Positions 7,877 to 17,627 of a stretch of DNA of 44,043 nt are shown piece by piece (positions within the stretch are counted from its first letter, which is position 1; every line of letters begins with the position of its first letter). The notes below the pieces were generated by a model that was not told the origin of the DNA, made no database searches, and was given only the letters and a program-made list of their open reading frames with translations. This stretch comes from an uncultured Bacteroidales bacterium (lineage in GTDB: Bacteria; Bacteroidota; Bacteroidia; Bacteroidales; UBA10428), in NCBI GenBank assembly GCA_964390385.1, contig CAYMJH010000005.1:1-44043 (forward strand), given 5' to 3'. The position numbers were made by a program, and so were the translations under genes.

Positions 7877-9061
7877 ATGAAGAAGTTCATAATTGTAACG
7901 TTATCATTAATAGCTGCTCTGACAACAATAGTCAATGCACAGATTAAGGTCATTTCAAATGGGAATGTAGGTATTGGATTGACTGCATCTCCAGCAGAAA
8001 AATTACATATCAACGGCTCAGTCAGAGGTAATCAAAGTGGTGCGCTTCGTATAAATTCTGGTGAAGGTTATATTGATGTTGGACCTAAAAATAATAGTTT
8101 TGCACATTTCTTCACGGATAGATATCAATATTATTTTGATAAAAAGATTATTATTGGAGAAGGGATGATTGCTAGTTATCATTCTGTTGATCTGAAATTA
8201 TGCACTGGTTTGTATTATACTACTAGAATTCACGTGAGCAATTCAACAGGTAATGTTGGCATTGGCAGAACTCCGCATTCAACATATAAACTTGATGTAG
8301 AAGGTGATGTTGCCTCTTATGGACAAGTATTATCATCAGACATACGTTTGAAAGATAATATCATGCCCCTTGAGACGGATATAGAAAAAATGGATTTATT
8401 AAATCCTATAACCTTTACATTTAAAAAACCTGAAATTGAAAAAACAAGATCGGACATAATTGATACTACTATTAATGAAATATTAGCAAATCCTAATAAC
8501 GAACAGTTTTACGATCAGATCAGGTACGGTTTTTCTGCCCAGGAGCTGCAAAAAGTATTTCCCGACCTTGTAACAGCTGATGAAAACGGTTTTCTGCGTG
8601 TTAATTACATTGGAATGATCCCTGTTTTGGTTGATGTATTAAAAGAACAACACCAACAAATTGAAACCCTGCAAACAATCATTACCCTTCATGAAGAGGA
8701 AATCGTAAATATTAAAAAGCAATTGGAAACTTTGCAAACATCCGGCTCAACACTAAAAAGTACCGGCTCAGTTTCAACTGAAAAGATAGTTACAACCAAC
8801 AGTTCAGCTTTATATCAAAATACCCCGAATCCTTTTACCCTTGACACCAGAATTGAATATTTTCTGGCCGATAGCATTAATAAGGCATCGATTATCATTC
8901 ATGATCTTCAGGGCAGTGAAATCAAACAAATACAATTATCAGCAACAGGTGCCGGAAATGTCATAATCAATGGTTCAGAATTAAAGGCAGGAATGTATTT
9001 ATATACGCTCATTACCAATAATAGTATTGTGGATACAAAAAGGATGATATTGACACAGTAA
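7877..9061 (+). CDS. tail-fibre-like protein with peptidase S74 intramolecular chaperone domain, coiled coil and T9SS CTD
   Basis: Signal peptide ...TTIVNA|QI. Repeated GNVGIG..P...L.V.G motifs. SSDIRLKDNIMPL...RYGFSAQELQKVFPDLV...VNYIGMIPVLVDVLKEQHQQIETLQ is the S74/endosialidase-chaperone pattern. C-terminus NPFTLDTRIEYFL...LKAGMYLYTL fits a T9SS CTD. Confidence 0.8.
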   Translation: MKKFIIVTLSLIAALTTIVNAQIKVISNGNVGIGLTASPAEKLHINGSVRGNQSGALRINSGEGYIDVGPKNNSFAHFFTDRYQYYFDKKIIIGEGMIASYHSVDLKLCTGLYYTTRIHVSNSTGNVGIGRTPHSTYKLDVEGDVASYGQVLSSDIRLKDNIMPLETDIEKMDLLNPITFTFKKPEIEKTRSDIIDTTINEILANPNNEQFYDQIRYGFSAQELQKVFPDLVTADENGFLRVNYIGMIPVLVDVLKEQHQQIETLQTIITLHEEEIVNIKKQLETLQTSGSTLKSTGSVSTEKIVTTNSSALYQNTPNPFTLDTRIEYFLADSINKASIIIHDLQGSEIKQIQLSATGAGNVIINGSELKAGMYLYTLITNNSIVDTKRMILTQ

Positions 9062-9107
9062 TTTAATAAACAAAACATTATTGAATAGCAATTGATTATC
9101 ATTTTAT

Positions 9108-10244
9108 TTATTTCTTCAGCAAACTCCCGGCCTTCAGCATCAGGTCGAGTAAAATGATCTTGCTGTTGCCGTTGCGCTCTATATCGTAGACAGCTTTGTT
9201 GAGTTCTTCAGTTAAAGGTGCGACATTATGCGCCCGGACATAATTTGAAAACTTTATGGAAAACTCTTCTTCGTCCGCATTCATAAAATTCAGTCCGGGC
9301 TGGTTGAAGTGCTTTACCATATTTTCACGAATCAGCCTCAGGGCATATTCAAGGAAGGCTTTTTGCTTTTCGCGCGTCAGGGCATTCAGGGTATCAATGG
9401 TTTTCATGCCTGCCTCGATATTGCCGGTGTATCCTTCCCGCATGAAATTACCGAAAGTCATCAGCAGGAAACTTTCCTCCTCGTCCTCACCGATGAGTTC
9501 CAGGGCCCTGGCATAGTTTCCCGAGGCCAGGCGGGCAATATGCGCTGATTTTGCGGCTTCAACACCGTTCCTGGTCTGCAGGGCGCTGATTATGTCCTCA
9601 TCGTCAACGAGGGGCACTTTTACCGGAAAGCATCTCGACCGGATGGTGGCGAGCAACAGGTCGGGATTCTCGGTGATCAGCAAAAAAATGGTCATGGCAG
9701 GCGGCTCCTCCAGCAGTTTCAGCAGTTTGTTGGAAGCCACGTCGTGCATCTTCTCGGCCATCCAGATGACGGCGATCTTAACATCCGACTCGTAGGATTT
9801 GAATGATAGCTTTTTGGCGATGGCATCGCTTTCCTTTTCCTTGATCAGTCCCTGCTTGTTCTCCAGCTCAATGAAGGAATACCAGTCGTTAAGCCCGGCA
9901 TAGGGCTGCTGCAGCACAAAACTCCTCCATTCCGGGAGGAAATCGTCACAATACGGATCATCTTTTTTTGAGGCGGTGGTATTCACCGGGAAGAGAAAAT
10001 GAAGGTCGGGGTGCACAAGCTTCCGGTATTTCAGGCAGCTGGGGCATTGGCCGCAGGAGTCTTCCTGTTTTTCTCCGGTGCACGAGATGTATTGCGCATA
10101 GGCTATGGCCAGGGGAAGGGCGCCGGTGCCAGCTTGACCGAAGAACAGCTGGGCATGGCTTACCCGGTTGTTTTTTACCGATTGCACAAGCCTCTTTTTA
10201 AGGGCTGCCTGGCCTATTATTTCACTGAAAAACATAAAACACAA
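9108..10244 (-). CDS. holB: DNA polymerase III subunit delta'
   Basis: IIGQ...RVSHAQLFFGQAGTGALPLAIAYAQYISC...CGQCPSCLKYRKLVHPDLHFLFP plus SRC motif (RSRCFPVKV). Confidence 0.9.
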   Translation of the reverse strand: MCFMFFSEIIGQAALKKRLVQSVKNNRVSHAQLFFGQAGTGALPLAIAYAQYISCTGEKQEDSCGQCPSCLKYRKLVHPDLHFLFPVNTTASKKDDPYCDDFLPEWRSFVLQQPYAGLNDWYSFIELENKQGLIKEKESDAIAKKLSFKSYESDVKIAVIWMAEKMHDVASNKLLKLLEEPPAMTIFLLITENPDLLLATIRSRCFPVKVPLVDDEDIISALQTRNGVEAAKSAHIARLASGNYARALELIGEDEEESFLLMTFGNFMREGYTGNIEAGMKTIDTLNALTREKQKAFLEYALRLIRENMVKHFNQPGLNFMNADEEEFSIKFSNYVRAHNVAPLTEELNKAVYDIERNGNSKIILLDLMLKAGSLLKK

Positions 10245-10419
10245 AATGCTATGATAAAACCATGGAAGAAATGCAAATTAACCACTAAAACACGAAATCA
10301 CAAAAAAGAAAGAAGCCACCCAATTGGATGTTATAAAAAGCATTCATTTTGGTGGTGTTCAAAGGTAAATAAAATAACTTTTTTATCTTTGTTCCTCCAT
10401 GTAACAAAAATCAAATAAC

Positions 10420-11682
10420 ATGCAAACGATCGATAAATACAGTTTCAAAGGTAAACGGGCCATCGTCCGCGTGGACTTCAATGTGCCCCTGAACAAGCAG
10501 ACTTTTGAGGTGACCGATGACACCCGCATCAGGGGAGCCCATCCGACCATTAAAAAAATACTGGCTGACGGCGGTTCGGCCATCCTGATGTCGCATCTCG
10601 GGAGGCCCGACGGCAAACCCCAGGATAAATATTCGCTGAAGCACGTGGTGCCGGCGGTTGAAAAAGTATTGGGCAAATCCGTGAAATTTGCAGGTGACTG
10701 CATGGGCGAAGCGGCCAAAAAGATGGCTGCCGAACTGAAGCCCGGCGAAGTGATGCTGCTCGAAAACCTTCGTTTTTATGAGGAAGAGGAAGGCAAGGCC
10801 TATTCACTGGCTGAAGACGCCACCGATGAACAGAAAAAGGAAGCCAAGTCCAGGGTAAAGGAAAGCCAGAAGAATTTCGTGAAGCAGCTGGCAAGTTACG
10901 CCGACTGCTATGTGAACGATGCCTTCGGTACAGCCCACAGGGCGCATGCTTCCACAGCACTGATCGCCTCCCATTTCCCGGACAACAGCATGTTCGGCTT
11001 CCTCATTGAAAGCGAGCTGAAGGCGATGGACAAGGTGTTGAAGGCAGCTGAAAAGCCTTTCACCGCCATCATGGGCGGGGCCAAGGTGTCAGACAAGATC
11101 CTGATCATCGAGAACCTGCTGAACCGCGTTCAGAACCTCATCATCGGCGGGGGCATGACCTATACCTTCATCAAGGCACAGGGCGGAAAGATCGGAAAAT
11201 CGCTTTGCGAAGAGGATAAACTAGGCCTGGCCCTGGATATCCTGAAAAAGGCAAGGGAAAAGGGCGTGAACGTATACCTGCCGGTCGACGCCGTCAATGC
11301 CGATGCCTTTGATGCCAATGCCAACACCGGCTTGTCAAAGATCGACCAGACGCCCGACGGATGGATGGGTCTGGATATCGGTGAAGAGACCATTAAGATA
11401 TTCAGTGAGGTCATTGAAAATTCGAAGACCATCTTGTGGAACGGACCGATGGGCGTGTTTGAAATGGACAAATTTGCAAAAGGTACTTCGGCCATTGCAC
11501 AGGCCATTGCCCGGGCCACGGCAAAAGGTGCTTTCAGTCTAATCGGCGGCGGAGATTCCGTGGCAGCCATCAACAAGAACAAGCTGGCCGACAGGGTAAG
11601 CTATGTCTCCACCGGCGGCGGCGCCATGCTCGAATACATGGAAGGCAAAGAACTGCCGGGCATCAAGACGATCCGGGGGTAA
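10420..11682 (+). CDS. pgk: phosphoglycerate kinase
   Basis: RVDFNVP...MSHLGRP...[11 protein letters not shown]...GGGDS...STGGGA full-length pattern. Confidence 0.97.
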   Translation: MQTIDKYSFKGKRAIVRVDFNVPLNKQTFEVTDDTRIRGAHPTIKKILADGGSAILMSHLGRPDGKPQDKYSLKHVVPAVEKVLGKSVKFAGDCMGEAAKKMAAELKPGEVMLLENLRFYEEEEGKAYSLAEDATDEQKKEAKSRVKESQKNFVKQLASYADCYVNDAFGTAHRAHASTALIASHFPDNSMFGFLIESELKAMDKVLKAAEKPFTAIMGGAKVSDKILIIENLLNRVQNLIIGGGMTYTFIKAQGGKIGKSLCEEDKLGLALDILKKAREKGVNVYLPVDAVNADAFDANANTGLSKIDQTPDGWMGLDIGEETIKIFSEVIENSKTILWNGPMGVFEMDKFAKGTSAIAQAIARATAKGAFSLIGGGDSVAAINKNKLADRVSYVSTGGGAMLEYMEGKELPGIKTIRG

Positions 11683-11704
11683 GATTGCAGTTCCCCTATA
11701 TTAT

Positions 11705-11741
11705 AACCCGTTTCGGCTATATTGCAGGAACGGGTTTTTTA
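11705..11741 (+). terminator. intrinsic terminator after pgk
   Basis: Perfect 8-bp stem aacccgtt/aacgggtt running into T6. The loop is long (16 nt). Confidence 0.55.
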
Positions 11742-11772
11742 CGGATGATAGTCTGAATTCGTGTTGTAGACT

Positions 11773-11800
11773 GTCGACCGTCGACCGTCGACGGTCGTCT
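11773..11800 (+). repeat. tandem heptamer array (GTCGACC x2, GTCGACG, GTCGTCT)
   Basis: Read directly. Contains three GTCGAC palindromes. Confidence 0.9.
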
Positions 11801-11932
11801 TGCTGCAACCGGTTTACTTCCTAAGGCCTGTAATATTTTGCAAATATTTTGCTCATTTGTCCCTTGCGTATTACTTTTACCGTTTGACGCTGAGGAAATT
11901 TCCCATGCGGCCCTAAACTAAAAGAAAAAACC

Positions 11933-12748
11933 ATGGATCAAAAGATCGCCATCCTGGGTGCAGGTAACCTGGGGACTTCACTCGCGAAGGGATTGCTGGC
12001 TTCACAGCAGGTAACCATCGCCGGACTGATCATGACCGATAAACGCGGACACCGGATCAGCTACCTTACGGAAAAGGGCTTTACCGTGACCGATGATAAT
12101 GCCGAAGCCGTGCGGCAGGCAAAAATAGTGGTCATGTCCATCAAACCCCAGCAGTTTGAAAACCTGGCACAGGAAATAAAAGACCATATAAGCCCCGATC
12201 ATGTCGTGTTATCCACCATTACCGGGGTGACCCTGAAAGAGATCGAATCGGCGCTCGGCAAGGTTCCCGTTTTCAGGATCATGCCCAATACAGCACTGGC
12301 CATCTGTGAATCCATGACCTGCATCACCTCAAAGAATGCCAATGCTGAACACCAGGAAATGGTAATGTCGATGTTCAATAAAATGGGAAGCACCCTTGAG
12401 ATCAGCGAAGATATGATGGGTGCGGCCACCGTGGTCGGCGCCTGCGGCATTGCGTTTGCCCTGCGATTCATGCGTGCCATGTCACAGGGAGGCATCGAGA
12501 TCGGATTCAATTCCGAAATGTCACAGCTCATTACGGCACAGACCGTAAAAGGGGCTGCCAGGCTGATCCTCGAGACCAACAACCACCCGGAACGGGAGAT
12601 CGACAAGGTGACAACCCCTCAGGGCATCACCATTTCGGGATTGAATGAAATGGAACACCAGGGCCTGAGTTCTGCGGTGATCAGGGGATTGATCACTTCC
12701 TTCACCAAACTGGAACACCTCATGGAGAAAGACTCCAAAAATAAATAA
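11933..12748 (+). CDS. proC: pyrroline-5-carboxylate reductase
   Basis: IAILGAGNLGTSLAKGL Rossmann start, and C-terminal TTPQGITISGL...  pattern of P5CR. Confidence 0.9.
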   Translation: MDQKIAILGAGNLGTSLAKGLLASQQVTIAGLIMTDKRGHRISYLTEKGFTVTDDNAEAVRQAKIVVMSIKPQQFENLAQEIKDHISPDHVVLSTITGVTLKEIESALGKVPVFRIMPNTALAICESMTCITSKNANAEHQEMVMSMFNKMGSTLEISEDMMGAATVVGACGIAFALRFMRAMSQGGIEIGFNSEMSQLITAQTVKGAARLILETNNHPEREIDKVTTPQGITISGLNEMEHQGLSSAVIRGLITSFTKLEHLMEKDSKNK

Positions 12749-12808
12749 GGAATATAAGAGGTTATTATCCGAAAAAATTTATTTTTGTCATTTAATACGC
12801 TGTCATTC

Positions 12809-13648
12809 ATGATCACCATTGAAGATTTTCCCGCATACCTGCTGGAGCAGTATAACAATTTCAAAAAGGAAGTCCCTTCGATGACCAAGGCTCACCGGTT
12901 TATTGACAACATGATCTATTTCCTGTTCCCGTTCAAAATCGACAAAAAATGCACCCGGCCTCTTATCGAGCTCAACCTGGCCCAGCTGCAGATCGACCTG
13001 CGCGACATACTGGATCCGCTTGAACCGGTGCTGGAGGAACCGGCCAGCAGCATCACCCGAAAATTCTTCTCCACGGTGCCCTCCATCTATGAAAGCCTGG
13101 TGCAGGATGCAAAGTTGTTTGTTGATTTTGATCCTGCTGCCAGATCGGTTGAAAGTGTGATCCTGTATTATCCCGGATTTTATGCCATAGCGGTTTACAG
13201 GCTTTCTCATGAACTCTTTAAGCTGAAGATTCCCTATCTGCCGCGCATGATCTCGGAATTTGCCCACAGCAAGACCGGCATTGACATTCATCCGGGAGCA
13301 CAGATCGGCAGCCATTTTTTTATCGACCACGGCACCGGGATCGTGATCGGGGAGACCACCGTCATCGGCAACAATGTAAAAATATACCAGGGGGTGACCC
13401 TGGGTGCCTTGAGCGTGGCCAAAAGTATGAAAGGAAAGAAAAGACATCCCACCCTCGGCGACAATGTGATCGTTTATTCAGGCAGCACCATACTGGGCGG
13501 AGACACGGTAATCGGTCATAATACGGTTGTAGGGGGGAATGTATGGCTCACCAAAAGCGTTGCGCCGAATTCCGTGGTTTATCACGAAAGCCAGGTAACG
13601 ATAAGAGACAGCAAGGACTTCAAGGAACCTATAAATTTTGTCATATAA
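12809..13648 (+). CDS. cysE: serine O-acetyltransferase
   Basis: [40 protein letters not shown]...[21 protein letters not shown] hexapeptide core. The track start at 12785 is TTG; the ATG at 12809 is more likely. Confidence 0.9.
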   Translation: MITIEDFPAYLLEQYNNFKKEVPSMTKAHRFIDNMIYFLFPFKIDKKCTRPLIELNLAQLQIDLRDILDPLEPVLEEPASSITRKFFSTVPSIYESLVQDAKLFVDFDPAARSVESVILYYPGFYAIAVYRLSHELFKLKIPYLPRMISEFAHSKTGIDIHPGAQIGSHFFIDHGTGIVIGETTVIGNNVKIYQGVTLGALSVAKSMKGKKRHPTLGDNVIVYSGSTILGGDTVIGHNTVVGGNVWLTKSVAPNSVVYHESQVTIRDSKDFKEPINFVI

Positions 13649-13652
13649 CGCC

Positions 13653-14564
13653 ATGAAAGCATCAAACATACTGGAAACCATAGGCAATACGCCTCATGTT
13701 AAACTCAACCGGCTCTTCCCTTCCACCCATGAGGTGTGGTTAAAACTTGAGCGGTTCAATCCGGGCGGAAGTATCAAGGACCGCATTGCCCTGGCCATGG
13801 TCGAGGATGCAGAAAAAAAGGGTCTGCTGAAACCGGGTTCGGTGATCGTTGAACCCACCTCGGGCAATACCGGCATCGGGCTTGCGATGGTGGCAGCCGT
13901 AAAGCAATACCGGCTCATCCTGGTGATGCCTGAATCCTTTTCAGTGGAAAGGCGCAAGATCATGGCTGCCTACGGGGCTGAATTTGCCCTCACGCCCCGT
14001 GAAAAGGGGATGAAAGGGGCCATTGAGAAAGCGCATGAGATAGCCGCATCCGATCCGGATGCCTGGATTCCCATGCAGTTTGAGAATGAAGCCAACATTG
14101 AAGTGCATAAAGCTACTACCGCCCGGGAGATCCTGAACGACTTTCCCGGGGGGATCGATTATCTGATCACGGGCGTAGGCACCGGGGGTCATATTACGGG
14201 CATTGCAGAGGTGCTCAAGCCGAAGTTTTCCGGGCTGAAAGTCTTTGCCGTTGAGCCTGAGCTTTCCCCCGTGATCAGCGGCGGACAACCCGGTCCGCAC
14301 CCGTTGCAGGGTATCGGTGCAGGCTTCATTCCCAAAAACCTGCATAAGGAAGTCCTTGACGGCGTCATTACCGTTTCAAAGGAGGAGGCTTTTCATTATG
14401 CACAAAGGATAGCAAAGGAGGAAGGCATTTTTGCCGGCATTTCTTCCGGTGCAACCCTCGCGGCATTGGCCAAAAAGCTGCCTGAAATACCTTCCGGTTC
14501 CCGGGTGCTGGTCATCAATTATGACAGCGGCGAACGTTATCTTTCGGTGGAAGGTTTGTTTTAA
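13653..14564 (+). CDS. cysK: cysteine synthase A (O-acetylserine sulfhydrylase)
   Basis: IGNTPHV...NPGGSIKDR...[16 protein letters not shown]...GTGGHITG. The track start at 13638 is TTG; the ATG is at 13653. Confidence 0.95.
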   Translation: MKASNILETIGNTPHVKLNRLFPSTHEVWLKLERFNPGGSIKDRIALAMVEDAEKKGLLKPGSVIVEPTSGNTGIGLAMVAAVKQYRLILVMPESFSVERRKIMAAYGAEFALTPREKGMKGAIEKAHEIAASDPDAWIPMQFENEANIEVHKATTAREILNDFPGGIDYLITGVGTGGHITGIAEVLKPKFSGLKVFAVEPELSPVISGGQPGPHPLQGIGAGFIPKNLHKEVLDGVITVSKEEAFHYAQRIAKEEGIFAGISSGATLAALAKKLPEIPSGSRVLVINYDSGERYLSVEGLF

Positions 14565-14668
14565 GGCGGGAAGGGGCCTGAAATACGGCGGATCATTACC
14601 GGATGATGGTAAAATGAAATATTTTCCCTATCTTTATTTGACAGGAAAATAATGCAATATTGCTGAAT

Positions 14669-15034
14669 ATGACGCATCCCGCCACCTTGTTATATGTAGA
14701 TGATGAGCCTCTGAACCTCCAGCTTTTTGCCTTTAATTTCAAGCATCTATTTGATATTAAGACCGCTGAATCGGGAGATGACGGTCTTGAGATCCTGCGG
14801 TCGGATCCTAATGTTTCGGTCGTTATCAGTGATATGAAAATGCCCGGCATGAACGGCATTGAATTCATCCAGAAGGCAAAGCAGCATTCTCCCGGGATCA
14901 TTTGTTTTATTCTCACCGGTTTTGACATCAACGATGAGATATTATTCGCCTTGCGGGAAAAGCTCATAAAAAAATACTTCAGAAAGCCGTTCAGCATGAA
15001 AGAGATTGAAAAGGCCATCCTGGAAGAACTTTGA
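14669..15034 (+). CDS. stand-alone response regulator receiver domain
   Basis: LLYVDDEPLNL...VVISDMKMPGMNGIEF...ILTGF...KPF CheY-like pattern with no output domain. The ATG at 14669 lies inside the TTG-started track ORF. Confidence 0.85.
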   Translation: MTHPATLLYVDDEPLNLQLFAFNFKHLFDIKTAESGDDGLEILRSDPNVSVVISDMKMPGMNGIEFIQKAKQHSPGIICFILTGFDINDEILFALREKLIKKYFRKPFSMKEIEKAILEEL

Positions 15035-15054
15035 CAACATTAACCCGCATTAGC

Positions 15055-16071
15055 ATGTACAACAGGATTATTATTAACATAAAACCCCTGGGTTTTATGT
15101 GGAATACCCTCGATCCGTTTTTGTTCTGTGTGCATCATCATGATCTTTATCCGGCTGCTAACGAAATGATGGGTCCTGCAGCATCGCTGAAGGGAAGGAA
15201 TATCGGACAGGATTTTACGCTGAGGGACGGATGGAGGATGTACCATGGGAAGACCGTTCCGGGATTCCCGGCACACCCGCATCGCGGATTTGAAACCGTT
15301 ACCGTAGTGCTGAACGGGTTGGTTGACCATTCGGATTCCCACGGGGCTGCCGGCAGGTACGGAAACGGAGACGTGCAATGGATGACAGCCGGTGCCGGAC
15401 TGCAGCACAGCGAAATGTTCCCCCTGCTGAACAGGGATGATGATAATCCGTTGGAGTTGTTCCAGATCTGGCTGAATCTTCCGGCTTCACGCAAATTTGC
15501 CAAACCGCACTATGCCATGCTCTGGGCTGAAGACATTCCGGTTTACAGGGCCAAAGATGAATCGGGTAAAACAATTGAGATAAGAATGGTGGCCGGTCGC
15601 CTGCATGATGTATCGGCCCCGCCTCCGGCACCGGATTCCTGGGCAGCTGACCCGGGCAATGACATAGCCATCTGGGTGATGAAACTCGAAGGCCATGCCC
15701 GGTGGACCATCCCGCCATCGGCACCCGGTGTGAACCGTATCCTGTATTTTTATAAGGGATCGGCTGTCCGTATTGCAGGAATCGAAATTCAGCCTTATCA
15801 GTCGGTTGAAATGATGGCAGAAGAGGAAGCAGTCCTTGAAAACGGCAAGGGGGATGGACTATTCCTCTTATTGCAGGGGCGTCCCATCAGCGAACCTGTA
15901 GTACAACACGGGCCTTTTGTAATGAATACAAACTCGGAAATCCAGCAGGCCATACATGATTTCTATGAGACCGGTTTCGGCGGCTGGCCCTGGCCACGGC
16001 CTGATATGGTGCATGGTTGGGAAAAGAAGCGCTTTGCGAAGTATGCAAATGGCCAGATGGAAGAGAGATAG
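15055..16071 (+). CDS. pirin family protein
   Basis: FPAHPHRGFETVTVVLNGLVDHSDSHG...VQWMTAGAGLQHSEMF cupin metal-site pattern of pirins. ATG at 15055. Confidence 0.9.
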   Translation: MYNRIIINIKPLGFMWNTLDPFLFCVHHHDLYPAANEMMGPAASLKGRNIGQDFTLRDGWRMYHGKTVPGFPAHPHRGFETVTVVLNGLVDHSDSHGAAGRYGNGDVQWMTAGAGLQHSEMFPLLNRDDDNPLELFQIWLNLPASRKFAKPHYAMLWAEDIPVYRAKDESGKTIEIRMVAGRLHDVSAPPPAPDSWAADPGNDIAIWVMKLEGHARWTIPPSAPGVNRILYFYKGSAVRIAGIEIQPYQSVEMMAEEEAVLENGKGDGLFLLLQGRPISEPVVQHGPFVMNTNSEIQQAIHDFYETGFGGWPWPRPDMVHGWEKKRFAKYANGQMEER

Positions 16072-16086
16072 GGAAAAGTAATCTTT

Positions 16087-16114
16087 GTCACTTGTCACTT
16101 GTCACTCGTCACTA
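16087..16114 (+). repeat. tandem heptamer array GTCACTT x2, GTCACTC, GTCACTA
   Basis: Read directly. Overlaps the stop and the last codons (..SDE*) of the minus-strand gene 16102-17616. Confidence 0.9.
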
Positions 16115-17616
16115 TTACTGACAAACGCCACCCTCCTGTTGTCCGGCGCCCAGCTGGGCACGTTGATGGTTCCCTGGCCGCCGTACAGATAAGCAACGAT
16201 TTTAGGCTTCCCGCCGCCGGCGGGCATCAGCCGCAGGTATACCGGTTTGTAATAAGGATGATCCCCTGAGTTCACTTCCAGCCCATAGGACAGAAAGATA
16301 ATCCATTTTCCGTCGGGCGAAACATGGGGGAACCAGTCATTGAAACCATCGTCCGTCATTTGTTCCTGTTCGCTTCCGTCAGGTTTCATCCGCCAGATCT
16401 GCATCATGCCTGTGCGGTTGGAGTTAAAATATATGCATTTGCCGTCAGGTGAGAATTCCGAGCCGTCATCCAGACCTGCTGCATCTGTGAGCCTGATCTC
16501 CTTCTTCCGTCTTACGGATATTTTGTAGATGTCGTACTGATCATTTCTGGCTCCTGTGAAGAGCAGGTACCTGCCGTCGGGCGACCACCCGTGCAGGTAG
16601 GAAGGTCCCAGTTTCGTTATCCGTTTGGGCTTTGCACTGCCTTCAACGGGTAAGGTGTAGATGACGGATTGATCACCGTCTTTTGCGCTGTGGTGGCTTA
16701 TCCCGATCATCTTCCCGTCGAAGGAGAGAACGTGATCGTTGTTGTTGGCCGTGGCAAATCCGGTATTGATTTTTACCGCGTTATTGGTTATAAGGTCATA
16801 ACGATAAAGCAATCCATCGGCATTGTAGATAATGCTCTTACCATCGGCAGTCCAGTTGGGAGCCTGGATCGCATCCGGCGCAGTGTAAATTATCTTCCTG
16901 CGGCCGGTTTCAATATCCAGTATTTCCAGGTTGCTTCCGATGTAGTCGCGGTAGGGAACAAAGCCTTCCGGTGCCGGAATGGTGATCCTTACATTATGGA
17001 AGATGGCTTTTTCCAGTACTTCGGCATTATGTGAGCACATAAATAATCCGATGTACACTTCATCCTGCAGGAATTCACCGGCCAGTGCAGTGGTTACAAA
17101 AGGTTCACCCCATGCGGCCACCGACATGATGCAGGAATTCCCTTTTCTTTCCAGTTGAACGATACCGGGACCGTTGACGGGAGACCTGATTTCTTCCATA
17201 TTTCCTCCGCCTGTTTTCCGGTATTGCAGCGAGGTTAGCCCGTCGCCATGCACCACTGCACTGATGTGAGCAGCACCGGTGTCAAGGCTGTTCCGGATCA
17301 TCCATCCGGTTTTCCGGTGCGGGTCGACGCCTTTTCCCAGGAATTCAACCTGCGCGGTAAGGATAAAATCGCCCTTAATTTTCTTCCACAGGAAATGAAA
17401 CTCATCGCGGTCGAACCATATGTTCTTTCCCGATCCCGCAATTCTGTATTCCTGTTGATCAGCCTGATAAATAACCGAACCGGGTTTGCTGACAAGGCCG
17501 ATATCCTGACAGCCGTCAAAAGATCCCAGTGTGCCGTGCTGTGCAAAGACTGTAACTGACATGATCATGAAGCTTACAGTGTTCAGAATGATGATTTGAT
17601 TGAAGCGGAGGATCAT
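16102..17616 (-). CDS. secreted TolB-like protein: N-terminal lectin/beta-sandwich-like domain plus PD40 (WD40-like) beta-propeller repeats
   Basis: Signal peptide ...VTVFA|QH. Repeated SPDGxxxxF motifs (WSPDGRYLLF, FSPDGKCIYF, VSPDGKWIIF, WAPDNRRVAF). Confidence 0.8.
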   Translation of the reverse strand: MILRFNQIIILNTVSFMIMSVTVFAQHGTLGSFDGCQDIGLVSKPGSVIYQADQQEYRIAGSGKNIWFDRDEFHFLWKKIKGDFILTAQVEFLGKGVDPHRKTGWMIRNSLDTGAAHISAVVHGDGLTSLQYRKTGGGNMEEIRSPVNGPGIVQLERKGNSCIMSVAAWGEPFVTTALAGEFLQDEVYIGLFMCSHNAEVLEKAIFHNVRITIPAPEGFVPYRDYIGSNLEILDIETGRRKIIYTAPDAIQAPNWTADGKSIIYNADGLLYRYDLITNNAVKINTGFATANNNDHVLSFDGKMIGISHHSAKDGDQSVIYTLPVEGSAKPKRITKLGPSYLHGWSPDGRYLLFTGARNDQYDIYKISVRRKKEIRLTDAAGLDDGSEFSPDGKCIYFNSNRTGMMQIWRMKPDGSEQEQMTDDGFNDWFPHVSPDGKWIIFLSYGLEVNSGDHPYYKPVYLRLMPAGGGKPKIVAYLYGGQGTINVPSWAPDNRRVAFVSNSDE

Positions 17617-17627
17617 ATATCATGATT

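Noticed and set aside
14669-16071. Response regulator plus pirin as a signalling pair
   Set aside because: Adjacency is the only evidence, and the apparent TTGA overlap depends on an unlikely TTG start. No kinase or output domain is present, so this is too weak to propose as a system.
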